Below, piece after piece: positions 23,097-31,614 of a stretch of 32,000 nucleotides of DNA. The DNA is taken from NCBI RefSeq assembly GCF_040649675.1, contig NZ_JBEZFX010000001.1, positions 1,111,095-1,143,094 of the forward strand, read 5' to 3'. Source of the stretch: Micromonospora parva. GTDB lineage: Bacteria; Actinomycetota; Actinomycetes; Mycobacteriales; Micromonosporaceae. The notes under the pieces are model-generated. The model did no database searches. It was not told the DNA's origin and worked only from the letters and a program-made list of their open reading frames with translations. The first letter of the stretch is position 1. Each line of letters opens with the position of its first letter. The translations under genes and the position numbers were made by a program.

Positions 23097-23585
23097 ATGC
23101 AGACCGAACCGGACCCCTCCTACATCGCCAGCGTGACGCGGGTCCGCGCGGCGGCCGGCGCGCTCCTCCGCGACCGGGCCGGCCGGGTACTGCTGGTCCA
23201 CCTGGCCTACAAGGACGTGTGGGAAATTCCCGGCGGAACCCTGGAGCCGGACGAGTCCCCGGCGGACGCCTGCACACGCGAGATCCGGGAAGAACTGGGC
23301 CTGTCGGTACCCGCAGGGGCGCTTCTGTGCGTCGACTGGGTGCTGGCGAGCCCGCCATGGGACGGCGGGCTCATGTTCGTGTTCGACGGCGGGGTGCTGA
23401 CGGCGGACCAGATCGCGGCAATGCGGCTGTGCCCGGACGAGCTCGACGGCTTCGAGTTCGTCGAGCCGGAGCGCCTGGGCGAGGTGTTGATCCCCCGACT
23501 GGCTCGGCGGGTCACCGCAGCGGTCGCCGCGATCGGGCAGGGCGGTGTCTACCTCGAAGACGGAGCCGCGCCTTCCAACAGGTAG
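23097..23585 (+). CDS. NUDIX hydrolase
   Basis: Track ORF 22971..23585. I prefer ATG 23097 (MQTEPDPSY...). Nudix box: GGTLEPDESPADACTREIREELGL (G-x5-E-x7-REUxEExGU). Confidence 0.85.
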   Translation: MQTEPDPSYIASVTRVRAAAGALLRDRAGRVLLVHLAYKDVWEIPGGTLEPDESPADACTREIREELGLSVPAGALLCVDWVLASPPWDGGLMFVFDGGVLTADQIAAMRLCPDELDGFEFVEPERLGEVLIPRLARRVTAAVAAIGQGGVYLEDGAAPSNR

Positions 23586-23727
23586 CGAGCCGGATTGAAT
23601 CGTCGGCCACGGACGCATGCCCAGCCGAAGTGGTTCCCCTCCCACCGATGAGGTACCCCGATCCCGTGCGACTGCCCCGCCTGCGGCACACGTTGATCCG
23701 CCTGGGCCCGAGGGGCACAATCCCAGA

Positions 23728-24384
23728 ATGATCTCGAGCGTGTTCTTCGACGTGGGTGAGACGATTGTCGACGAGTCCCGGGAGTACGGCACCTGGGCCG
23801 ATTGGCTCGGCGTCCCACGGCACACCTTTTCGGCCGTCTTCGGCGCGGTCATCGCTCGCGGTCTGGACTACCGGGAGACGTTCCAGGTGTTCCGGCCGGG
23901 GTTCGACCTCGCCAAGGAACGGCAGCGCCGGACCGCCGCTGGGCAGCCGGAGCACTTCGCCGAGGAGAACCTCTACCCGGACGCCCGGCCATGTCTGGCC
24001 GCTTTGCAAGAGTTGGGCATGCAGGTCGGCCTGGCCGGCAACCAGACCGCCCGAGCCGAGACCATCCTGCGCGCCCTTGATCTGCCCGTCGACGTGATCG
24101 GCACCTCGGACGGCTGGAACGTCGAGAAACCGTCGGCCGCGTTCTTCGACCGCGTCGTCACGGAGGCTGGCTGCCCCGCCGACCAGGTGCTGTACGTCGG
24201 AGACAGGCTGGATAACGACATCCGGCCGGCGCAGGCGGCCGGGCTTGCGACCGCCCTGGTGCGACGCGGCCCATGGGGATACATCCTCGACGACAAGACC
24301 ATCAGCGACCGCTGCCTCTTCCACCTCGACTCGCTGGCCGAGTTGCCCGGGCTGGTACGTAGGCACAACGAGTCGGCGGCTTAG
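23728..24384 (+). CDS. HAD-superfamily hydrolase (subfamily IA-like)
   Basis: Track ORF 23617..24384. I prefer ATG 23728 (MISSVFFDVGETIVDE, motif I). Motif IV is YVGDRLDNDIRPA. Confidence 0.8.
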   Translation: MISSVFFDVGETIVDESREYGTWADWLGVPRHTFSAVFGAVIARGLDYRETFQVFRPGFDLAKERQRRTAAGQPEHFAEENLYPDARPCLAALQELGMQVGLAGNQTARAETILRALDLPVDVIGTSDGWNVEKPSAAFFDRVVTEAGCPADQVLYVGDRLDNDIRPAQAAGLATALVRRGPWGYILDDKTISDRCLFHLDSLAELPGLVRRHNESAA

Positions 24385-25712
24385 CTCCCCGGAAGAGCGG
24401 CCCGGCTGGCCGCGAGGGCGGCGACGCGTTCGTCAAGTTGGCTGCCCTCGCGGCTGTCGCCGAGTACCTGCCGGACGGCTCTGACCCGCTCCAGCCCCGT
24501 GCCGTACCAGTCGGCCTGCAGGGCGTCCAGGGCCTGGTTGAGGTAGTCGGCGGCGTGGTCTCCGTCGCTGCTGTGCGCCGAGGCCAGGTCGGCGAGGACG
24601 ACGCTGCGCTGCTTGGCGCCCGTCGCGGTCAGGCCGGCGAGAGACGTGGCCAGGTGGCGGGCGGCCTCGGCATGGTCGCCAGCGGCGAGAACTGCATAGC
24701 CAGCGAAGGAATGCAGTCGGTCTGTGTCGTAGTAGTCGAACCATTCGGGCATTTCGGGTCGCGTCGTGATCGCGGTCGCTGCAAGGTCGATCTGATGGCG
24801 GCTTGCTGCCCCAGCCCCGGCGCGGGCTTCGACTTCCGAGGCCACGCAGTGCAGCCAGGAGCGGACGGCGGGGCTGACGCCGTGCCAGGTGTGCTGGAGC
24901 GCCGCGTCGATAAGTGATCGGGCAGCGGTCGGATCATGTCCGAAGGCCGGGATGAAAGCCATGTGGCCGAGGACGGTGGCGGCCAGCGCGTGGTCTCCGG
25001 CCTCACGGGTGGCGGCGAGGGCTACGTCGTAGCAGCGTTGCGCGACGGCAGGCTGGTTGAGATCGAAGAATGCCAGTCGTGCGGTGAGGAGCGCCGACTC
25101 GGCGAGGGCGCTGGCGAGGGTCGCCCGGCTGGTGCCGGTGGCCGCGCGGACGAGTCCGGTGCCGAGCTGTGTGTGTGCATACGCAGCCTCGTACAGCGGG
25201 CGTGCGGGGCTGGTCCAGTACAGCGTCCGCTGGCACCGCACGATCTCGGCGTAGGCCCTTGGATCTATGGCCTTGGCTTGGGCGTACGCAGCCTGCGGAT
25301 CGAGTGATAGCAGCGGCGCCACCAGGGGAAGCATGCTGGCGCCGAACAACGCGCGCAGGACGCTGGCCCGATCCCAGCCGGTTTCGTCGCCTCCAGTGAT
25401 CATGTCCCACAACCTCCTGAACTCGTGCAGTGTCTCTGCCTGCGGACGCATCGCCAGCTCGTCCGGAGTGAGCAGTCCCAGCTGATCGGCTGGCTTGTCG
25501 AGGATGGCCACGAGATGTTTGCGGTAGCGCGGGTCGGGCCAACGCTCACCGGTTTCCCACCGCCGCACTGTGTTGGCGTTCAGCCCGGTATCGGTCTCGT
25601 CGGCGTGACTCATCTCCGTACGGATCCGCTCGGCGATCTCCTCGTAGGACCAGCCCCGCTGGAGCCTTTCCCACGCTAGCCGCCGGTTGGCGGGGTAGCG
25701 CCGTCCGGTCAT
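24381..25712 (-). CDS. XRE-family HTH transcriptional regulator with long helical-repeat (TPR-like) C-terminal domain
   Basis: Track ORF of 443 aa. The N-terminus is LAWERLQRGWSYEEIAERIRTEM...NTVRRWETGERWPDPRYRKHLVAIL. The rest is Ala/Leu-rich helical repeats. Its stop overlaps the convergent HAD stop. Confidence 0.8.
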   Translation of the reverse strand: MTGRRYPANRRLAWERLQRGWSYEEIAERIRTEMSHADETDTGLNANTVRRWETGERWPDPRYRKHLVAILDKPADQLGLLTPDELAMRPQAETLHEFRRLWDMITGGDETGWDRASVLRALFGASMLPLVAPLLSLDPQAAYAQAKAIDPRAYAEIVRCQRTLYWTSPARPLYEAAYAHTQLGTGLVRAATGTSRATLASALAESALLTARLAFFDLNQPAVAQRCYDVALAATREAGDHALAATVLGHMAFIPAFGHDPTAARSLIDAALQHTWHGVSPAVRSWLHCVASEVEARAGAGAASRHQIDLAATAITTRPEMPEWFDYYDTDRLHSFAGYAVLAAGDHAEAARHLATSLAGLTATGAKQRSVVLADLASAHSSDGDHAADYLNQALDALQADWYGTGLERVRAVRQVLGDSREGSQLDERVAALAASRAALPGS

Positions 25713-26079
25713 GCGGACACCTCCGTACGTCCTCTGTCGACGACGGCCACGTTAGCCATGTCCGCTACGGGCCGTCACTACCTGGTTGCGAGCGGACGGG
25801 TGGTGGACGGTACCGCTTGGCTCCGCCGGACGGTTCGCTGTTGACGAGCATCGACGGACGCTGCCGGGCAGCTCCAGCTCACCAACCCATTGTCATCGAC
25901 GCCAGGGGATTCATGGTGGAGAGATCGATCGGATCGGGCAAGGCGGCCGGAGAGCTGAAGCCGCTTGTTGTGGTGGCGACCGGAGGTGCGGTCGTGAGGT
26001 TGATTCCTCGTCTGCGTACCGCCATCGAGGCTGCGCGGGCGGGTGACCGGCGGGGTGCTCCCAGCCGCCGCCTCACCTC

Positions 26080-26111
26080 GGCGGGCCCGCCGTCACACCG
26101 GCGGGCCCGCC
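26080..26111. promoter_or_regulatory. Two copies of the perfect 12-bp palindrome GGCGGGCCCGCC, exactly 20 bp apart
   Basis: Copies at 26080-26091 and 26100-26111, read directly. They lie in the 580-bp gap between the XRE regulator and the epimerase operon. Confidence 0.6.
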
Positions 26112-26336
26112 ATGACTGGGCCGAGCAGCGGGAATCGGCCGACCGTCGGACGGTGACATCGTGACCGTGTACATCTCGCGGCACGCCTCCGCAGGCGCCA
26201 CGGGTGCGCCCGGTCCGGCGGCGCGGCCCGGTGTGCCACCGACGGACCGGATGACGACCTTCCGGGGCGACCCGCCTCTACTGACCTTCGTGTGGCAGCG
26301 CGTGCTGTCGCCATCGGCTCAGCGCGGTGGTCGCCG

Positions 26337-27308
26337 GTGACGGCGCGGGTGTTGGTGACCGGCGCCGCCGGCTTCATCGGTTCGCATGTCGTCGACGCGC
26401 TCCTGGCCAGAGGAATTCAGGTGGTCGGCCTGGACCGCCGCCGGCTCGGTCAGGATGCGCTCGCCGATGAGAATTTGGCAGCCGCAGCCGCCAATCCGCT
26501 GTTCACACCACTCTGCCGGGATCTGGCCACCGACTGCCTCGATGACGCCATGGACGGCTGCGACGTCGTGTTCCACCTGGCTGCCCGGCCGGGCGTCCGG
26601 CCCTCTTGGGGTTCGGAGTTTCACGACTACGCCCAGTCCAACGTCCTCGGCACCCAACGGCTGCTCGACGCGTGTGTGCGATCGGGCGTTCGGAGGCTCG
26701 TCTACGCCTCCTCGTCCAGCGTCTACGGGCCGGCAGACCGACCCAGCCGCGAGAACGACCGGACCAGCCCGGTCTCCCCGTACGGAGTGAGCAAGCTCGC
26801 CGCCGAGCAGCTCTGCGTGGCCTACGCGTGCCGCCCCGACAACCGGCTCAGCGTCGTGGCCCTGCGCTACTTCACCGTGTACGGGCCGCGCCAGCGACCT
26901 GACATGGCCATCGGCCGACTGCTGTTCGCGGCCTATACCGGTCTGCCGGTCACCCTCTTCGGCGACGGCAGCCAACGGCGGGAGTTCACGTACATCACCG
27001 ACGTCGTCGCCGCGACGATCGCCGCCTCTCAGGTAGATGCCCAGTGCGCCGTGGTGAACATCGGCGGCGGAGCGAGCGTTTCCATGCGGGGCGCGATCCA
27101 GGAGGCGTCCACGGTCACTGGACGGCACATTCCGGTCCAGGTAGCCGACGTCCAGCCGGGTGACGTTCCCTCGACGGCCGCTGACCTGACCCTTGCCGGC
27201 CGGCTACTGGGCTACTGGCCCACCGTCGGCCTGCACGAGGGCATGGCCCGGCAGTCCGCCTGGTTGGTCAACCTCTCCCGCGACCGACTCACCGCGTTCG
27301 CCTCCTGA
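26337..27308 (+). CDS. NAD-dependent sugar-nucleotide epimerase/dehydratase (extended SDR)
   Basis: Track ORF 26292..27308. The start is probably GTG 26337 or 26349, just before VLVTGAAGFIGSHVVDAL (Rossmann GxxGxxG). The catalytic motif is YGVSKLAAE (YxxxK). ASSSSVYG is also present. Confidence 0.85.
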   Translation: MTARVLVTGAAGFIGSHVVDALLARGIQVVGLDRRRLGQDALADENLAAAAANPLFTPLCRDLATDCLDDAMDGCDVVFHLAARPGVRPSWGSEFHDYAQSNVLGTQRLLDACVRSGVRRLVYASSSSVYGPADRPSRENDRTSPVSPYGVSKLAAEQLCVAYACRPDNRLSVVALRYFTVYGPRQRPDMAIGRLLFAAYTGLPVTLFGDGSQRREFTYITDVVAATIAASQVDAQCAVVNIGGGASVSMRGAIQEASTVTGRHIPVQVADVQPGDVPSTAADLTLAGRLLGYWPTVGLHEGMARQSAWLVNLSRDRLTAFAS

Positions 27309-27326
27309 CGGAAGGAAACCCTTTTC

Positions 27327-28280
27327 ATGATCGTTTTGACTGCGGACTCTGCGAGCGAACTCTTCGCCGCCGCCAGTCAGGCGGTGCTGCTCAACGGCCG
27401 TATCGCCTGCCCGCGCGACATGATGACCACCGAGGTCGTCGGCGCGCACCTGTGCCTGACCAACCCTCGGCGCCGGCTGGTCTCCGTGCCACCCGTACGC
27501 GTCATCAACCCGGCATTTGCCGTCGCTGAGGCGCTGTGGATCCTCTCTGGCTCGGATGACCCGTGGATCTTCGACTTCAACGACAACCTGCGGCGCTACG
27601 CGGACGACGGGATCCTGCAGGGCGCGTACGGGCCACGGATCCGCCGGTGGGGCGGCGACCTCGACCAGCTCGACGCGGTCGTCCGGAAACTGACGGCCGA
27701 CCGAGACTCCCGACAAGCCGTCGTCCAGATCTACGACCCGGCACGCGACCACCGCGGCTACCGGGACGTGCCGTGCACCCTCGGATACCGGTTCCTGATC
27801 CGGCAGGGCCGGCTCGAGATGCACACCAGCATGCGCAGCCAGGACCTCTGGCTCGGCTTCCCATACGACATCTTCGCGACGACGCTACTGCAGGAGCTGA
27901 TGGCCGGCTGGCTTGGTGTCGAAGTCGGCGAGTACCACCACCACGTCGACTCACTGCACCTCTACGCCGACCATGCTCCGGCTGCCGCTGAATGTCTCCG
28001 CCACGAACCGACCGTCACCGAGATGGATCCGGTCGTCGTGGACTGGCCCAGCCTGGATGTTGTCCTCGCGCAGGTCATCTCCGGTGACGGCGACCTGCCC
28101 GACGGCACCCTGTGGGACACGTTCGGACGGGTGCTGACCAGCTACCGGACATGGAAGCTCGGCGAGCGGGACCTGGCTAGCAAGATCGCCCACGACGCCC
28201 CAGGGCCGCTCGGCGCTGCCCTCGTCGCCTGGTACCAGCACCTCACCCGGCCGGCTCTCGTAGCGCCGGAGTTGGCATGA
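27327..28280 (+). CDS. Thymidylate-synthase-fold enzyme, probably a cytosine-nucleotide C5 hydroxymethylase/methylase
   Basis: GAAGGA lies upstream of ATG 27327. ThyA-family blocks: DQLDAVVRKLTADRDSRQAVVQIYDP, the catalytic Cys in DVPCTLGYRF (Cys150, nt 27774-27776), RSQDLWLGFPYDIF and HHVDSLHLYADH. Asp181 (nt 27867-27869) occupies the position of ThyA Asn177 in the LPFN motif. Confidence 0.8.
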   Translation: MIVLTADSASELFAAASQAVLLNGRIACPRDMMTTEVVGAHLCLTNPRRRLVSVPPVRVINPAFAVAEALWILSGSDDPWIFDFNDNLRRYADDGILQGAYGPRIRRWGGDLDQLDAVVRKLTADRDSRQAVVQIYDPARDHRGYRDVPCTLGYRFLIRQGRLEMHTSMRSQDLWLGFPYDIFATTLLQELMAGWLGVEVGEYHHHVDSLHLYADHAPAAAECLRHEPTVTEMDPVVVDWPSLDVVLAQVISGDGDLPDGTLWDTFGRVLTSYRTWKLGERDLASKIAHDAPGPLGAALVAWYQHLTRPALVAPELA

Positions 28281-29986
28281 CCGCGGATGTGGTGCTTGGG
28301 CTGTGCGCGTATACGCATGACTCGGCGGCGGCGCTGCTGGTTGACGGCCACCTGATCGGCTTCGTCGAGGAGGAACGGCTCGACGGGGTCAAGCACAGCA
28401 AGGCATACCCGGCATTGGGTGTCGCCTGGCTGCTCGGCAAGGCCGGTCTGTCGCCGTCGAACGTGACCACGGTCGCGTACAACTTCGACGGGCGCCGCTA
28501 CCTACGTGCGCTGGGTCAACTGCCGACCCATCTGCGACAGGCTGTCAGCCGCGCCCGAGCCGTACCACGGGCCCGCAGCTTCACCACGGTCCACCGCCGC
28601 TACCAGGCCCGGATGCGAGACCTGGCCGAGCGTTTTCCACGCGCACACCTCCAGCCAGTGCCGCACCATCGCGCGCATGCCCTGTACGCCTTCGCCGCCG
28701 CCGGTGTGGATGACGCAGCGGTCCTGATCGTCGACAGCCTCGGCGAGTTGCAGACCACCACCACCTGGCACGCCCGCTGGCGCAACCCGCAACTCCGCCT
28801 CGACCTGGCACACGCGATCGACGACCCGGCCTCCCTCGGTTACGCCTACGGTGCCGTCACCGAACAGCTCGGCTGGCGCCGCGGTGACGAGGAAGGCACC
28901 GTGATGGCGCTGGCCGCCCTCGGCGACCCCGCCCGGTTCCGAGAGCTGATATCCCGGGCGATCCGGCTCACCACCGACGGGTTCACCCTCGACCCAGCGC
29001 TGATCGCCCTGCGGGTGCTCGCCAGCCGCTACGGCCGGGTCACACCCGCGTTCACCGCCGCAACGTGCCCGCCCCGCCCGCCGACGGCACCGGTAGAACC
29101 TGTGCATGCCGACCTGGCCGCTGCACTGCAGGAACGCACCGAGCAAGTAATGCTGCATCTCGCCGCGCGAGCCCGCCGGCTGACCGGCTCCGGGCTGCTC
29201 TGCCTGGGCGGTGGGGTCGCGATGAACTGCGTAGCCGCCGGCCTCATCGCCCAAGCCGGCATCGTTGACGAGATACACGTACCACCCGCCCCCGGCGACG
29301 CGGGCACCGCGATCGGCGCCGCCGCCCACGTCTGGCTCGAGGCGACCGGCCGCCCACCCACCGGCATACGCCACCACTGCTACCTCGGCCCCGCCTATCC
29401 CGACCTGGCACTACCGGCCGCACCACGAGCGGGACTGCACGCCAGCCGCCCCGCCGAACCCGCCCACCATCTGGCCCGGCAGTTAGCCGACGGGGCAATC
29501 GTGGGCCTGTTCACCGGCGCGCTGGAGGCCGGCCCACGGGCACTGGGGCACCGGTCGATCCTCGCCTCTCCCCTGGAAGCCGGCGTGGTCGAGCGCCTCA
29601 ACGCCACCGTCAAGTTCCGCGAACCGTTCCGACCTTTCGCCCCTGTCGTACTCGCCAACAAGGCCACCGACTACTTCCGGCTACGCCAACCGTCGCCGTA
29701 CATGTCGCTCGCAGCTCCCGTGACCGAGCTGACCCGCGACAAGCTGCCCGCGATCGTGCACGTCAACGGCACCGCCAGGGTCCAGACCGTCACGCGCGAG
29801 CAGCACCCCTTCCTCGCCGACGTTCTCACCCGCTTCGGTGAGATCACCGGCCACCCCGTGCTGATCAACACCTCACTGAACATCAAGGGCAAGCCGATCT
29901 GCGGCACACCAGAAATGGCCCTGGAGTGCCTGACCGAATCCGGCCTCGACGCACTGCTCATCGAAGACCAGTGGGTGACCAAGTGA
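28277..29986 (+). CDS. NodU/CmcH-family carbamoyltransferase
   Basis: ATGA overlap with the previous gene. The N-terminus VLGLCAYTHDSAAALLVDGHLIGFVEEERLDGVKHSKAYP and the C-terminus VLINTSLNIKGKPICGTPEMALECL are the family hallmarks. Confidence 0.9.
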   Translation: MTADVVLGLCAYTHDSAAALLVDGHLIGFVEEERLDGVKHSKAYPALGVAWLLGKAGLSPSNVTTVAYNFDGRRYLRALGQLPTHLRQAVSRARAVPRARSFTTVHRRYQARMRDLAERFPRAHLQPVPHHRAHALYAFAAAGVDDAAVLIVDSLGELQTTTTWHARWRNPQLRLDLAHAIDDPASLGYAYGAVTEQLGWRRGDEEGTVMALAALGDPARFRELISRAIRLTTDGFTLDPALIALRVLASRYGRVTPAFTAATCPPRPPTAPVEPVHADLAAALQERTEQVMLHLAARARRLTGSGLLCLGGGVAMNCVAAGLIAQAGIVDEIHVPPAPGDAGTAIGAAAHVWLEATGRPPTGIRHHCYLGPAYPDLALPAAPRAGLHASRPAEPAHHLARQLADGAIVGLFTGALEAGPRALGHRSILASPLEAGVVERLNATVKFREPFRPFAPVVLANKATDYFRLRQPSPYMSLAAPVTELTRDKLPAIVHVNGTARVQTVTREQHPFLADVLTRFGEITGHPVLINTSLNIKGKPICGTPEMALECLTESGLDALLIEDQWVTK

Positions 29987-31017
29987 AGATTGGCTACAGC
30001 TTTTGGGGATTCCTCGGAACCGGCATCACCGACACCCCGGACGGAGGCCGCAGCCACCGCCGGACCTTGGTCGACGGGCTACGTGCAGCCGGCCGTGACA
30101 TCGTCTTCCTTCAACCCAACCGGGACCTGTGCGAGGCCGGCGACGATCTCACCGGCCACTACCGCTGGGACGTCGGCCTGCCCGATATCGACGCACTGTT
30201 CCTCGAATGGCGCTGGCCCATTCCCGGCCGCAACACCACCGTCTGCGGGCGACCCGGCCATACCTGCGACCTGCATCGGCAGGCCGATCTACTCGACCAC
30301 TACACCCACCAGCTCGGCACCCCAACGATCCTGTGGGACAAGGACCGTCGGCTGCCCGCAGCGGACCCCCTGCGCCGAACCCGCAACGTCACCGTCTGCG
30401 AACCCGCTCTGCACCCGACTCCGGGCGCGGTACCACTGCTCTTTCCTGTCGCCGACACGGCCATCGACGCCGCCGACCCCACCACGCTTGTAGCCCTGCC
30501 CCGTCGCACCCCGCTGGTCTACATCGGCAACCAGTACGACCGCGACCACCCGTTCGACACCTACTTCGCGCCGACCGCCGCGCAACTCCCTCACCTGATC
30601 GCCGGCAAGTGGGCCGACACCAGGCGCTGGCCGAATCTGAACTTCATCGGCCGAGTCCCGTTCCCCCGCGTCTCCGCGATCTACGCCGACGCGCTCGCCA
30701 CCGTCCTGCTGCTGCCCGCCCGATACGCCGCCGCCGGGCAGATGACCCAACGAATCTTCGAGGCCATCCTCGCCGGCTGCGTGCCGCTGCTGCCCGCCGA
30801 CGTCCGAGGCGCCAATGCGTTCGTTCCCTCGTCGCTGATCGTTGGCGACGCCGCAGACGTGCGACACCGCATCGGTTGGCTCACCGAGATCGCCGGCACC
30901 GGTGAGCACGCCAGCCTCATCACCGAATGCCTCCGTCACCTCGACCCGTTCCGGCTCTCAACCCAACTCGAAGTGCTCGACTACCTGCTGCGCCACCCGG
31001 AGCCGGTGCGGTCATGA
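29983..31017 (+). CDS. GT-B-type glycosyltransferase-like protein (CgeB/T4 beta-glucosyltransferase-like by pattern)
   Basis: Track ORF 29926..31017. I start it at GTG 29983 (GTGA overlap with the carbamoyltransferase stop). The C-terminal block GRVPFPRVSAIYADALATVLLLPARYAAAGQMTQRIFEAILAGCVPLLP resembles the sugar-donor domain of GT-B enzymes. From memory, the overall layout parallels T4 BGT: KIGYSFWG vs KIAIINMG, WDKDRRLP vs TDIRLPF, VYIGNQYD vs VIYGGSFR, and TQRIFEAILAG vs TLRVWETMAS. Confidence 0.5.
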   Translation: MKIGYSFWGFLGTGITDTPDGGRSHRRTLVDGLRAAGRDIVFLQPNRDLCEAGDDLTGHYRWDVGLPDIDALFLEWRWPIPGRNTTVCGRPGHTCDLHRQADLLDHYTHQLGTPTILWDKDRRLPAADPLRRTRNVTVCEPALHPTPGAVPLLFPVADTAIDAADPTTLVALPRRTPLVYIGNQYDRDHPFDTYFAPTAAQLPHLIAGKWADTRRWPNLNFIGRVPFPRVSAIYADALATVLLLPARYAAAGQMTQRIFEAILAGCVPLLPADVRGANAFVPSSLIVGDAADVRHRIGWLTEIAGTGEHASLITECLRHLDPFRLSTQLEVLDYLLRHPEPVRS

Positions 31018-31068
31018 CTCACCGTGTCACCACCGAACGAGCTCACCGCACCTCTACCCTGGAGAACC

Positions 31069-31590
31069 ATGGACAGGATCGCCATCATCGGCTGCGGCGG
31101 CAGCGGCAAGTCCACCGTCGCGCGCCAGTTGGCCCGGATCCTCGACGTGCCGCTGACTCACCTCGACGCGACCTACTACGACGAGCACTGGAAGCCGCTA
31201 CCGCAGGACGAGTTCGCCGCCCAGCAGGAGAAACTCGTCGCTGGCGAACGTTGGCTCATCGAAGGAAACTACGCCGGCACTCTGCCCATCCGGCTTGCCG
31301 CCGCCGACACCGTGATCTTTCTCGACCTGCCCGCCTCGACCTGCCTGTGGGGCATCGCCCAACGCCGCTGGCGCTACCGCGGCGGACAACACCACAAGGA
31401 CGGCGTCTACGACCGCATCACCTGGAACTTCGTCCGCTACGTCCTCAGCTACCGGCGCACTATGCGCCCGCGAGTCCAGGACCTTCTCCGCGAGCACGGA
31501 CCACACGTCCGCTTGATCACCCTCACCAGCCGCCGCCAGGCCGCCCATCTGATCAACCGCGTCCGCGACGAGCATCAGCCCGTGACCTGA
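31069..31590 (+). CDS. P-loop NMP-kinase-like protein (adenylate-kinase/'topology modulation protein' family)
   Basis: Track ORF 31024..31590. I prefer ATG 31069, with GGAGA upstream. Motifs: Walker A RIAIIGCGGSGKSTVARQL, then LTHLDATYYDEHW, WLIEGNY and DTVIFLDLP. Confidence 0.75.
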   Translation: MDRIAIIGCGGSGKSTVARQLARILDVPLTHLDATYYDEHWKPLPQDEFAAQQEKLVAGERWLIEGNYAGTLPIRLAAADTVIFLDLPASTCLWGIAQRRWRYRGGQHHKDGVYDRITWNFVRYVLSYRRTMRPRVQDLLREHGPHVRLITLTSRRQAAHLINRVRDEHQPVT

Positions 31591-31614
31591 CCGCAGCGGG
31601 ACGGGAGGCGACAG

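Noticed and set aside
21430-24366. Long antisense ORFs: 21585..22577 - (330 aa), 21430..21987 -, 23034..23852 - (272 aa), 23512..24366 - (284 aa).
   Set aside because: They are shadow frames of the Replic_Relax-like, NUDIX and HAD genes, and their translations are low-complexity.
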